Shown here one piece after another: positions 37,875 to 48,000 of a DNA stretch of 64,000 nt; position 1 is the first letter of the stretch; each line of letters starts with the position of its first letter. Source of the DNA: Planctomycetota bacterium (GTDB lineage: Bacteria > Planctomycetota > Planctomycetia > Pirellulales > Pirellulaceae); the NCBI GenBank assembly GCA_017303505.1, contig JAFLCP010000013.1, positions 2,446 through 66,445 on the forward strand, read 5' to 3'. The notes under the pieces are model-generated. The model was not told the DNA's origin. It was given only the letters and a program-made list of their open reading frames with translations, and made no database searches. The translations under genes and the position numbers were made by a program.

Positions 37875-38777
37875 TCATTTGGCGACGACGATTTCTATAG
37901 TGGGAATCGTTAGCCTAAGTTTTGGTTGGTCTTTCACCAGTGCTTCATTCTCATGCCAAGCTTTCTGGGTAAACGCGATTCGAGCCTGTACGCTACCGGT
38001 GATCAGATACTTTCCAGGTTTGAGATGCCATGCATCGTAACCCGCATTAAATCGCTTTTGCCCACCAACGATTCCCATTCCCTGGTCATGGGTTGAAAAA
38101 ACGGTGTAACCTGCGGGCGGTATCAGTGCTTGGCAAACGGGAAGGGTAGGGCCACTTCGTTCGACACTGGATCGCGGTACGTTCTGCCCACTCTCGTCTG
38201 TGAATTCCAGTTTCACATCCTGAGCATCAAACTCGACCCACGCAGTACTACCCAATGATTGGTTTTCAAGTTCAACACCGAAGGAATACAAGTCGCCTCC
38301 GTGTACTAGTCCGTGTTCGTGAAGAACGATTCTTGCGAGAATCTTTTCCCGGTCAGCGTCAAATGTGTTCGCCAACGGTGCTGGACGACGCGAGATCGGC
38401 AATGGCTCAGCATCGAATTCAGCAGCCATGGCTTGATGCAGAATCAATTCCTTGCCCCAACAAAAGACACGGTAGGAAACGCCAACAATCAGGACTGGAG
38501 TTAGCAGCGCCGGTACCAACACACGGAGAAATGCCGCAGTGCTGATTGGAGGCTCATCGGGAGCGACTTGTTTTCCATGCAGATCGACTTCAATCTTGCA
38601 AGCAGGGCAAACAAAACCGACTTTTATCCATTGCCGGCGAGTCTTCCGCCACGGCACGATGTACATGGAAAGCACACTATGGCAATAGGGACATTCGCGA
38701 GGTGCCTGCCTCCAGAGAAACCACAACGGTACCGATGCCAACAGGCCGATAAGGAAGACAGTCATAGAGAATTCCAT
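37875..38777 (-). CDS. membrane protein with CxxC...CxxC zinc-ribbon, unknown function
   Basis: TM helix, then CPYCHSVL...CPACKIEVD, then a second TM and a ~190-aa C-terminal domain. Start is ambiguous (ATG at 38777 or 38765; the track uses TTG at 38792). Confidence 0.55.
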   Translation of the reverse strand: MEFSMTVFLIGLLASVPLWFLWRQAPRECPYCHSVLSMYIVPWRKTRRQWIKVGFVCPACKIEVDLHGKQVAPDEPPISTAAFLRVLVPALLTPVLIVGVSYRVFCWGKELILHQAMAAEFDAEPLPISRRPAPLANTFDADREKILARIVLHEHGLVHGGDLYSFGVELENQSLGSTAWVEFDAQDVKLEFTDESGQNVPRSSVERSGPTLPVCQALIPPAGYTVFSTHDQGMGIVGGQKRFNAGYDAWHLKPGKYLITGSVQARIAFTQKAWHENEALVKDQPKLRLTIPTIEIVVAK

Positions 38778-38831
38778 ATGAGCATACTTCAATGAACTGT
38801 GAGTTAAGGAAGTGTGTCGAGTCGTAGTTCC

Positions 38832-40604
38832 TTACTTGATCGTGGCTGGCACGGTGCCTTCATTCTCTTGAATCATTTCCTGATGAGCCTTCGTCCAGGG
38901 AAACATCAGAAGCCTATGGTCCGTATGAAAACCGCCGGGATGACTGGGGCGTTCCCAGTAGTCGAAGGCGAGTTTTCTCAGCTCTGGATCAGTGATCTGG
39001 AACTTGCCCGCTTGCTCTAGCTCGAGCAATAGTTTTCGTCGGGCATCGAGAGCTTCTGGTCCGAACTGCTGGTGAATGATCCGACCGCCACCATAGTTGT
39101 TGAAGAGGTACAACTCGAACTTGCGGCGGTGCATACTGAGCCATACTTCGCTGGCATGTGGGTGCGTTGATTCCAACGCGGCTACTCGCATCGCGGTCTT
39201 TAGCAAGGGGCGTTCGTTATCGGGAGTCGCGGGGTTATCGAGTTGACTTTTGATCTCAGCCAGCCTCTTATCCACCTCCGATTTCTGCTGCTTCGATTGG
39301 GCCTGCCACTGTTCCCATCTCGCGCCCCCCTGTTTTTTTGCTTCTGCTTCCATCCACTTGAGCCCAGCGAGGATTTCATCGTCCGTCATTTCGAAGGTTT
39401 CCCACTTCTCTCGCTCGTACTCTTCCATCGCCGTAGCCATGAACAGTTGAACGACCTGGTGGTAAGTCGGCGGGTTGTCTTTCAACTCGTCGCGATAGAT
39501 GTCCTTCCCCAGTGCGGCACCAATGCGATCTCGTTCAATCGAAATCACCCATTGCTGATTAACGATTAGCTTTGCAGGTTGCACTCCATCGAAGGCTAGT
39601 TCTTCGACTTTGCTGGTTGAAGTGCCCTTCGACGGCTTGAAGTTCCATTCAATCTCATAAATATCTGATATGCCTTCCTTTCTAAGAAGCCGCCACTTGA
39701 TGCTTCCTTTCCAGTCGGTCTTCCCTGAGTCACCATAGTTGAAGCCTGTATTCATCTGGCCTGAACTCGACAAAGCAGTGCGGCCTCCGGTACCAGACCC
39801 ATAGGAAACGATGTGTGAGACAGTCGCACCGTTATGCCCTGCCTTCACACGGCTCTCACCCGTCCGCAAAAAAGGAGGTGTGGCAAGGAGTTGTTGAAGT
39901 TGTTCTCCTGTTGGGTACGTGTCGGCAAAATGTTCTCGCTGAGCATACTTCCAAAATGCAGCTTCCATATCAGCATCATGGAACTTGATATCGCCCGCTT
40001 GGTGATGTTCCCTTAGCAGAGCATGTTGTCCATCCAGCGCTATCCAAGCGCCGAGGCTTCCCATACCAACGCGTCCGCCGTATTTCTCGTAGAGCGACTT
40101 GCAGATCTTCCAGTCGATGAGCACTGCGCGTGAGTAGGCGTTTGCAATCCCCCTGTCCTCCAGGGACGGAAACGGCGAATCATCGGAACTGCCGGGCCTG
40201 GACTTCAAACTTTGCTCGACGGACTTTGTGAGAGTGGCAAATTCCTCATCCGACACATTGAATTTTTCACGCTCTTGGTATCGGCGACATACGGTGCCCC
40301 AGATATGGTCGTAAATACGAGCAACCTGGTAATTGCGAAGCCAATCACTGAACTCTTGAGGTGAAAATTCCTTGCGTTTGACATCCGCTTCGGCAGGCGT
40401 CAGCGCTTCGAGATAAAGCGGCTCGCCGAACAGAGTCACGGCCAGCGTCCTTTTGTTGTGGCTATCACTGGTCGTTTGTGATAAATGAGGTTGGCGCGGA
40501 CCGTTGCTTCCAGAAGTCTGAGCAAGTGCCGAGTCCCCCCACATCAGCAGAGAAACGACTGTTAATACTGCGAAGAATTGCCTCGCCAATAAAATCGTGT
40601 TCAT
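38832..40604 (-). CDS. secreted hypothetical protein
   Basis: The start at ATG 40604 gives the signal peptide MNTILLARQFFAVLTVVSLLMWGDSALAQ and an ATGA overlap with the upstream gene. The track's upstream extension to 40901 is rejected. Confidence 0.6.
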   Translation of the reverse strand: MNTILLARQFFAVLTVVSLLMWGDSALAQTSGSNGPRQPHLSQTTSDSHNKRTLAVTLFGEPLYLEALTPAEADVKRKEFSPQEFSDWLRNYQVARIYDHIWGTVCRRYQEREKFNVSDEEFATLTKSVEQSLKSRPGSSDDSPFPSLEDRGIANAYSRAVLIDWKICKSLYEKYGGRVGMGSLGAWIALDGQHALLREHHQAGDIKFHDADMEAAFWKYAQREHFADTYPTGEQLQQLLATPPFLRTGESRVKAGHNGATVSHIVSYGSGTGGRTALSSSGQMNTGFNYGDSGKTDWKGSIKWRLLRKEGISDIYEIEWNFKPSKGTSTSKVEELAFDGVQPAKLIVNQQWVISIERDRIGAALGKDIYRDELKDNPPTYHQVVQLFMATAMEEYEREKWETFEMTDDEILAGLKWMEAEAKKQGGARWEQWQAQSKQQKSEVDKRLAEIKSQLDNPATPDNERPLLKTAMRVAALESTHPHASEVWLSMHRRKFELYLFNNYGGGRIIHQQFGPEALDARRKLLLELEQAGKFQITDPELRKLAFDYWERPSHPGGFHTDHRLLMFPWTKAHQEMIQENEGTVPATIK

Positions 40605-41050
40605 GATTCCACCTTCGCTTCCCCAAAGATCGCCTTTTTGCCAGTTGGCATCAACCAGCCGATAAACCCGCCGATGAGCATCGGAATCGGGAGCAGCAAA
40701 GTTGCTGCCAGTGCGAGTATTCCAAGACCAATATTTGCCCCACCTCCGTTGTAACTCAGAGAGTCGTACCAGAGTGAATAGTACACGGATGCGATCACTA
40801 TGAGTCCTCCTGTGTAGGCTCCGATGGTTATCCGCAGCGGGACTTTCCTGACGAGTGCGAGGCCAGCCAGAACGACAAACTGAGCCCCCGGCAATATCCA
40901 TTTCAGCGGTGAACTATTGGGACCGGCAGACAGGTAGCCCCATCCAAACATCCCTAGCCCGATCATCGCCAGAATTGCAAAGGTAATGAAGCGTCCATTA
41001 GATGGAGCAATGAACGATTGACGGGCGCCAAAATTCAATGATTCAGACAT
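40601..41050 (-). CDS. four-TM small membrane protein
   Basis: 149 aa, very hydrophobic and Gly-rich. Coupled to the downstream gene. Confidence 0.6.
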   Translation of the reverse strand: MSESLNFGARQSFIAPSNGRFITFAILAMIGLGMFGWGYLSAGPNSSPLKWILPGAQFVVLAGLALVRKVPLRITIGAYTGGLIVIASVYYSLWYDSLSYNGGGANIGLGILALAATLLLPIPMLIGGFIGWLMPTGKKAIFGEAKVES

Positions 41051-41083
41051 ACATGGATCCTGTCCAATTTGTTTGTTAAAAGA

Positions 41084-41443
41084 CTAGCTAAGTCCCGCTA
41101 ACGCATTCCCGAGAAAATCCAATAAGCCAGACAATGCCGTTGCCTTTCTTTCTGTTTGCCCCTGGGCCTTGATAATCGACTGCATACTTGCCACTCGCTC
41201 GACGATCTCTTTAGCAAAGTCTTTTGGGTCCATTTGCTTATAGCGTTTCGATAAAGCCGCTTCAGCTCCAAACAACAAAGTTACGGTCGCCTGCCGATCG
41301 GCAGATTTCAGTTGCTGAATACTTTGGTAGCTTGAAAGTACCGGATGACCATACTTCGCCAAAAGTAAATCGTAGACTGTTTGCCCAAATGCTTGTTCTG
41401 CTGATGCCGCTTGCTCTTCAGAATGAGTCCCGTTACTCGTCAT
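41084..41443 (-). CDS. hypothetical protein
   Basis: ATG at 41443 with an AGGAG RBS. 11-nt overlap with the upstream gene's end. No motif. Confidence 0.5.
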   Translation of the reverse strand: MTSNGTHSEEQAASAEQAFGQTVYDLLLAKYGHPVLSSYQSIQQLKSADRQATVTLLFGAEAALSKRYKQMDPKDFAKEIVERVASMQSIIKAQGQTERKATALSGLLDFLGNALAGLS

Positions 41444-42116
41444 TGGATTCTCCTGTTGCAGTTGCTGGCTGAGTGAGTGTTGCTGCCATCGCATCCACCT
41501 TCGCTCGATCACCAACGGCCAGCTTCACATCCACACCAAACGCATTGCCGATCACGATTGGATCGTTCAGCGAATAGATGCCGTCTTTGGCTGTGATCTC
41601 AAGCACGCGATTCAATGGTGTCTTGAGCGGCACTGCCATCGTGGTCGCACCGCCACCAAGACTCATGCGAGCCAGTTGCTGATCGCGATAGGAGATTTGT
41701 GTGCCAGTCAGCGTATCGGTGCCTGTAAAATAACCATCAGGCCTCTGGCGTTGATCAATCGTTCCGGAACTTGCTTGGCCACCACTCTGGCCGAACCATG
41801 TCGTTCCTCGCGACCAAACGCTATGCCACTGTGGCTGAAGTGTTTCGATGGTCAACAAAACTATGATTTGATCAGACTCATCGACCAATCGCCGAACCGT
41901 CAAGCGGAACTTGTCTGGACCTAAAGCCGACTCGTGCCAATCAGGCAGTTTTGACTCTTCAACAACAACCCAAGGTGCCTCCCGCCGAACCAGTTCAACA
42001 GCATTCGCTGTGTTCCGCTGTTGTTGCCGATGGTCCAAGTACCAACCTAAACCAATCGCGATCAGCAACGTCAGTGTCAACAGAGTATTCAACCGAAAGC
42101 GTGTCAGCAGTTTCAT
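41433..42116 (-). CDS. N-terminally anchored protein sharing a domain with the ectodomain of the 1874-aa kinase
   Basis: N-terminal TM LNTLLTLTLLIAIGLGWYL. FRLTVRRLVDESDQIIVLLTIETLQPQWHSVWS and LEITAKDGIYSLNDPIVIGNAFGVDVKLAVGDRAKV align by eye with the kinase segments YQLTVTRLVDDANQLVVTLRIESVEPQWFEIWS and LLITAKDGVYEFLHPLVIGKLANQTELKLCVGDRESV. Confidence 0.6.
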   Translation of the reverse strand: MKLLTRFRLNTLLTLTLLIAIGLGWYLDHRQQQRNTANAVELVRREAPWVVVEESKLPDWHESALGPDKFRLTVRRLVDESDQIIVLLTIETLQPQWHSVWSRGTTWFGQSGGQASSGTIDQRQRPDGYFTGTDTLTGTQISYRDQQLARMSLGGGATTMAVPLKTPLNRVLEITAKDGIYSLNDPIVIGNAFGVDVKLAVGDRAKVDAMAATLTQPATATGESNDE

Positions 42117-42118
42117 GG

Positions 42119-42445
42119 TCAATCCTCTAGCTTGGGGTGTTCAGTGGCTTGCCTCAGCGAGTCGACTGAGCCTGTTCTTGCAACAACTCGTAAATCAAAA
42201 GCAAACAGGAGTGTGCCGAAGAGGACCGTCATCAAAACAACACCTCCCGAACATGGAACAAGTCCAAGTTGCTTGCTTACTCCATCCACAAAGCCGAGCA
42301 TGGAAAGCGGAATCATAAAACCGAGCATTGAATAAACGACATGGCGACGACGGCTGATTGGGACGATCAAGAATGCGACGGCTACAGCGCATCCGATCAT
42401 TACTCCCCATACCATGATTGAAAAGAGATACTCACGTTCGATCAT
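42119..42445 (-). CDS. small three-TM membrane protein
   Basis: 108 aa, hydrophobic. ATGA overlap with the upstream gene. Confidence 0.5.
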   Translation of the reverse strand: MIEREYLFSIMVWGVMIGCAVAVAFLIVPISRRRHVVYSMLGFMIPLSMLGFVDGVSKQLGLVPCSGGVVLMTVLFGTLLFAFDLRVVARTGSVDSLRQATEHPKLED

Positions 42446-42795
42446 CGACGTTCTCCGTTGTCGATGGTCATCGGCGTTCTAAGAAAGTGCAACCGCACGG
42501 CTCCACCCCAGGACCACAGACTGACCCATGGCGACACTTCGCTCATCTTCAAATAGGTCCAGCCTTGCTCTTGCATTGCCTGGATGCGGCGACTGATTTC
42601 GTTTTGTTTTCCTAAGGCCCAACTGGATTGCAAAGCGATGACTTCGTCGAATCGCTCTGCGTCTGGAGTCTCCACTATGAGCGTTGCAGCCAGTAACTCC
42701 TGCTTTCGTCGAACAGGGCTCCAGCGCCAAGCCACGAAAACTACAGTCAAGAAAATGAATGGCTGTATCAACAAAAAAGCAGATGCTGGGGTCAT
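42442..42795 (-). CDS. small membrane-anchored protein
   Basis: N-terminal TM FLLIQPFIFLTVVFVAW. ATGA overlaps on both sides. Confidence 0.5.
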   Translation of the reverse strand: MTPASAFLLIQPFIFLTVVFVAWRWSPVRRKQELLAATLIVETPDAERFDEVIALQSSWALGKQNEISRRIQAMQEQGWTYLKMSEVSPWVSLWSWGGAVRLHFLRTPMTIDNGERR

Positions 42796-43040
42796 TGTGT
42801 TTCTCCAAGAGGTTGTTGAATGATTAATGCTTCAGCTTCCTGTACGTCGGTATAAAACACGGGATCATCCGTCGATACATAAGGCTCCCACCCACGCCAC
42901 TCGTGGTAAAGCGTCATCGCTTCATGCCAACTGGCGGCATCTACCGTCCACACCAGCGTCGCTCCTGGTTCCAATTGCTCTGCGGCGGAACGATTGATCA
43001 CGGGGAAGAAGCTGCCATCGCTCCAGGCTTCGTGTCTCAT
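42792..43040 (-). CDS. small soluble hypothetical protein (immunity-protein-like)
   Basis: 82 aa. ATGA overlaps on both sides. No motif. Confidence 0.5.
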   Translation of the reverse strand: MRHEAWSDGSFFPVINRSAAEQLEPGATLVWTVDAASWHEAMTLYHEWRGWEPYVSTDDPVFYTDVQEAEALIIQQPLGETQ

Positions 43041-44476
43041 GGTTTAGGGAGCTCCTTTCCATCGACGTACTCGACTTCCTTCATCAATACGGGCTCATCT
43101 TTGTTGCGATCCCAGATTCGATACGTACCGGTTCCCTGTACCAGCTTTGATGTGCCGAGCAACTTACCTTTGCGGTTAAAGAATCGGCTCTCACCATCCA
43201 TTAGGCCGTTTCGATAATGGATTTCTACAAGCAGCGTTCCCTCTTCTGACCAGCGACGAACCTTGCCATGCAACTGCCCATTCTGATAGTGAAGTTCCAT
43301 GACGGCGAGGAAAACCAAAGGTTCAGACGTCGATCTTGTGCTCTGCTGGCTGACGAAGAACACAACTCGTTCGCCGCTTAATGTTGGAAACTTTAGACCG
43401 ATCCAGTCTTCGTCAAAAAGACACTCTTCATCCCAGAGGATTGAAAGACCTAACAAGTCCTCCTTCGCAACGATCTTCAGACTCTCAGCTTCGTTGGCAA
43501 TTAACGTACGTGTTGCCGCATCCGATTCCAATGTCGCGATATCCTGCTTTGCTACTGTTGCGGGTGGCGCGTCGTTGGGTAGCGCATCGTTGTGTGGCGC
43601 GTCGTGGAATGGTTGCGGGCCGTAGGGTAGTGCGATACTTAAAGAAGGTGCGGCCCCTGAGATGTTGTATCCCTGCCCTAAGGTTGATCGATGTGGCAAG
43701 ACAATCGCATCCACCGTCTTGGTTGTGCATTTCGGTTTAGGGAGTCCCAGAACTACCTCGCAGGCGAGGCAGCCCGCTTCGCCAACGGAGATCTTGGATA
43801 CTCGCTGCACAATCGACTTCGGCGTCAGTTGCCAGACAAGTTGATATTCACCCGGGGAAACGTCACCCGCAAGATAAACACCAGGGCTGAATTGCACGAA
43901 ACCGCCGGGGGATACTCCTGGTGCGGTGAGAGTGAGCTTTGTGGGTTCGAGAATGTCGCCAGACTTGGAGCGTATCGTAACCATCACCTTGGCTCTTTGA
44001 AGTAGGCTCGCACCTTGCTGATCGTCGATGCTCGTTTGAACGGGCGGTAGCCAATTCGATGCCAACTTGGCGCTAAGTTCCCGAATATCGGATTCGGTCT
44101 GTTTCAGGCCGCGTTCCAACTGTTCGATTACGGCTGCATTTTCCTTGTTGTCAATCTTGGTTCCCGGCTCGGTTTCCAACTCTTCCACATTGTATGCGCG
44201 ACGTTCGGTCAAATGTCCTTGAAGGCCCAAGTATACCGTCAGGCGATTACTGAGTGCGGCCTTAGCAACTTTTGCTTCGGCTTCGGCAAGCAGAACATCA
44301 GCAGGTCGACTGAGGTCTCCAAAGAGGATCTCTATGGCTTCCTCCGTAAGATCGTCTTGGCCTTGAGCTGACTTCTCGCAACTGTATGTGAGCAGGAAAA
44401 GGATCGCAACGAAAATGTTTTTTTGAATCTTCAAAGGTATGTTCATCATAAGTATTCGAGATTGGTATATTTGCAT
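43037..44476 (-). CDS. lipoprotein-like protein with C-terminal MORN-variant (YwqK-type) repeats
   Basis: N-terminus ...IFVAILFLLTYSC is lipobox-like. The C-terminus has YQNGQLHGKVRRWSEEGTLLVEIHYRNGLMDGESRFFNRKGKL, a MORN/YwqK-like repeat. Confidence 0.65.
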   Translation of the reverse strand: MQIYQSRILMMNIPLKIQKNIFVAILFLLTYSCEKSAQGQDDLTEEAIEILFGDLSRPADVLLAEAEAKVAKAALSNRLTVYLGLQGHLTERRAYNVEELETEPGTKIDNKENAAVIEQLERGLKQTESDIRELSAKLASNWLPPVQTSIDDQQGASLLQRAKVMVTIRSKSGDILEPTKLTLTAPGVSPGGFVQFSPGVYLAGDVSPGEYQLVWQLTPKSIVQRVSKISVGEAGCLACEVVLGLPKPKCTTKTVDAIVLPHRSTLGQGYNISGAAPSLSIALPYGPQPFHDAPHNDALPNDAPPATVAKQDIATLESDAATRTLIANEAESLKIVAKEDLLGLSILWDEECLFDEDWIGLKFPTLSGERVVFFVSQQSTRSTSEPLVFLAVMELHYQNGQLHGKVRRWSEEGTLLVEIHYRNGLMDGESRFFNRKGKLLGTSKLVQGTGTYRIWDRNKDEPVLMKEVEYVDGKELPKP

Positions 44477-44510
44477 CCAGCCACCACGATGATTGCCGCA
44501 CTGAGACTCT

Positions 44511-44984
44511 TCACGCAGTCACGCCCTTTGATTTTGCTAACTGCCAGACTATCCCCGCAGCGATGATCACAGCCAACGTGTTGAGAATGATTGACCTACC
44601 ATTCACCGGTGGCGGATTGTAATTCGCCATGACAGCCGCAATCTTGAGTTCCTTCTGTTTCGCAATTTGTTCCAGTCGCTCCACTTCTGCCTTTTTGTTT
44701 TCGACTTCCTGGGCGGCCAGTGCTTTTGACGCTTCGCCGATCGCCGTTGCCTCGTTAACGTAAGAAACTGCAAGTATTTGATTTGCGCCCGAAAGTTGCC
44801 ATTGCGTACTGTGCCATGAATCGGAAGCTGCATTCAGTCGCCCCTGGTGCGTTCTTCCCGCGTTCTCGATCTCGCGATTTCTCGCGATGATGTTTCCCAG
44901 GCCAATTAGCGGACTAAGACAGACAACAAAAAAAGCAACCTGAGAGATATACCTGTTCAATGAAGCTTTAGCTTTCCTGCTCAT
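44511..44984 (-). CDS. two-TM coiled-coil membrane protein
   Basis: The ATG at 44984 with an AAGGAG RBS is preferred over the track's GTG at 45053. N- and C-terminal TM helices flank an A/E/K-rich helix. Confidence 0.5.
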   Translation of the reverse strand: MSRKAKASLNRYISQVAFFVVCLSPLIGLGNIIARNREIENAGRTHQGRLNAASDSWHSTQWQLSGANQILAVSYVNEATAIGEASKALAAQEVENKKAEVERLEQIAKQKELKIAAVMANYNPPPVNGRSIILNTLAVIIAAGIVWQLAKSKGVTA

Positions 44985-45031
44985 ATTGACTTGCTCCTTT
45001 AGAATGACACGCCTTGTTGCGATGCAGGTGA

Positions 45032-48000
45032 TCAATCGCGTGAGGGAATCCACTGCCAGTAAACGCTTGTTGGCCGATAGAGTTGGTGTATTGAGGGTTT
45101 CACTTCGGGGCTCGGTCGTGCATCACCACCTGCGCCTAGTTGCAGTTCCAGTGTTCCATTCTTGATTTCGACCAGACCGAGAGCGTGTGTTCCATCGGAA
45201 TACTTGAGATCGATTTCTGCAGGCGAAGTGGAGGCATCGATGGTATAGGTGAACTTGCTTTCGTATTCACCTATACCTTGCGAGATGTAGCCTGCCTTGT
45301 CGTCAAAGCGGATCGTCATTCCTGTTTCTGCCGGTTTAGATACAGTGCCCAATTGACCGTTCGGCAGGACCATTGCAGTCGCGGTCCACCTGCCTTGCAA
45401 TTGCGCCAACAGAACGCGATTAGGATCTTTCAATTGATGATTGGCTTCTCGAATCACAGCCTCCTGCTGCTGTAAGTCTTCGGGATTTAAGGCGCCTTCG
45501 GTTTTCTGTTCGCCAAGTGCTATAAGAGACGCAGGGTTACGCCGGTACTGGTAATGAACCGCTGGTTTGATCGAGTCACTTGGCCGCTCGCCGCCGGCTT
45601 CGCCCAGTTGTAAGTGCAACGTTCCGTTCTCGGTTTCGATGAGTCCCAAAGTGAATACTCCATCGTGCCCCTCAATGTCGATCTCTGGCGTCGGTGTGGA
45701 TGCATCGATTGTGAAATTCAGTGGTAACGGTTCTTCGCCATTGCCTTGATGGAGAGCCACCGTTGAACCTTTGAAATGAATGGAGTGACCCGCACCCGCA
45801 GGATCGCTGACAGATTCGATGGTTCCATCTGCCGCGACGATTGCCGTCATGAGCCACGTTCCTTGTAGTTCCGCAAGCAACGCTGCGTTGGGATCGCGAA
45901 GTCGACGATTTGCGGCTCTGACTTTGGCCTCTTCCGTGCTGTTCGCCAGGACGTTCAAGTCGACGATGCCTTCTGACGGAAGAACTGCGTTCAGGCTGTC
46001 ACTAACCATTCCGTTGCGGTCCGAGGTCAACGAAATGGCTGCAACGGATTCACGATCTCCCACACAGAGTTTGAGCTCGGTTTGGTTTGCCAACTTTCCA
46101 ATGACCAGAGGGTGAAGAAATTCGTACACGCCATCTTTGGCCGTAATAAGAAGAGATTTGTCAACAGCCCAATCCAATGGCAAATCGTAAACGATTGGAG
46201 TACCTTCCAGAGTAAGGCGAGTCAGGCGCTTATTGTCGTTAGAAATTTGTGTTGCCGTGAATGTAAGAAGCTTTGAGAAGTATCTCCCATCGGCTGATCT
46301 CTCGTCAGCCAAGTTCGCAATCCAATGCTCTTGCGATCCTCGATGCCAATAGTTGTCGCCGGACCAAATCTCAAACCACTGCGGTTCAACGCTCTCGATT
46401 CTTAAGGTTACAACCAGTTGATTGGCATCATCGACCAATCTCGTGACAGTTAATTGATATTGACGTGGCCCCAGTATGGCCGTGGTATCTTTTGGCTCCG
46501 CATTCCCGTCAGGAGCTAACGAGCTTTGGCTCGATCCATCCTGTACTTTCGGTGCAGAGGATCCGGCAGGAATTCCATAACATCGCCAAACAACCATGCC
46601 ATCCATCCGTCGATCGATAATCACATGGGTGACCTGAACAGCGTCCGCATTCTTCAGAAACAACTCTTGCTCTGCCACTTTCCAGGCCACTTTCGCCGAG
46701 GGTTCGGCGAGCGCGTGGTAACCGCGCTCTCCCGCTCGCACTTCTTCACGGCCACGGCTACTGATGAAGACGAGCGTCTCATCCTTCTTAATCGGATGAC
46801 TCTCCTCGAACAGGAACACCGTCGCCGGATCGACCGACTCCTGCAGCTTCCGAATCTGGCGAATCATCTCACTATGCTCGATCGCGCAGTACAGGTGTGC
46901 GAACTCAAGATGCGTTTTCGCTTCCTCTGCAATCCGCAGATGATCTTCATGCATGCCCGTATGAGGCACATTGGCACCGCTTTCACGTAGCTTGCGTTGC
47001 AGATTGAAAAGTTGGTCTTTGGCCAAGTCAAGAAACAGTTTCTCTACGGTCTCATCCGTCGGATTATCACCGAGTTGTTTGTGTGCTTCGGCCAATCGCT
47101 CTTTCGGCACTCCAGGAATGTCCTCTGATTCAATCAATAACTTGGCCACCGTCACCATCATCTCATGAGCATCGTTGTTTTGGTCGAACAGCTCGGGGAT
47201 GACCTCGGTCACTCGGATGACGTCGCGATAATCGCTTTGCCAGGCTTCGAACGCCTTGGCCAAATCAGGATGGTCCGTAGCATACTGTTCACGATCTTCC
47301 TTTACGGGCTTCTCAAGGACTTCAAGTCCACCACCTTCAAGCAGGCGGAGATCTTCACGGTAATAATCAAGCAGAGGGAAGCGACTCAGTTCATGCTCCA
47401 TGTCTTGCTGTAGGACATCGAGTAGCAGCGTCGAACTGGATGTAGAATCCTGCAATGGAGCGGGGGAATCAGCAGGAAACATGGTGGGACGATAACCCGA
47501 GTCGAATACGGGATCCTGCAATTTTGAAAGATACTGCTCACGTTGCTGGTGAGTAAGTACGGCTGCTAGGTCGCCGAGTACCTGCTCATAAGAGTCTGTG
47601 CCGTCAGCCAACCAGCCATTGTTTTCTCGCACTTCTTTCTCAAACTTGTTCCAGATATCATCAATTCGCCGACGCTGTTCAGAGTCCAGGCTAAGTTGAT
47701 CGTGCACCAGATGTGCTCGTAATCTCGTTGCGTTGATGGCAAACCATATCTCGTTCCGAATCAATTGATCTTGCTCCGCCGTTAAGACCTTCTCGATCTC
47801 CGCCTGAGCTCGCCTTTCTTCAGCCTCGCGCGTGATTGGAGTCGCCGTACGCAGAAATGTCATTGAAATCTGCAGGATGCGTTGGTTTTGCTCAACGTTA
47901 ATCTGATGCCATTTGGCTAACTGCGGCTCCATGGCTCGTCCGATATAAAGCTGCCGCCAATTGACTGGCGGGAAGGCTTGCTGCATTTGCAATCCGGGCG

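Noticed and set aside
40605-40901. N-terminal 99-aa extension of the 689-aa ORF.
   Set aside because: It overlaps the well-formed four-TM gene at 40601-41050. The internal ATG at 40604 yields a classic signal peptide and an ATGA junction.
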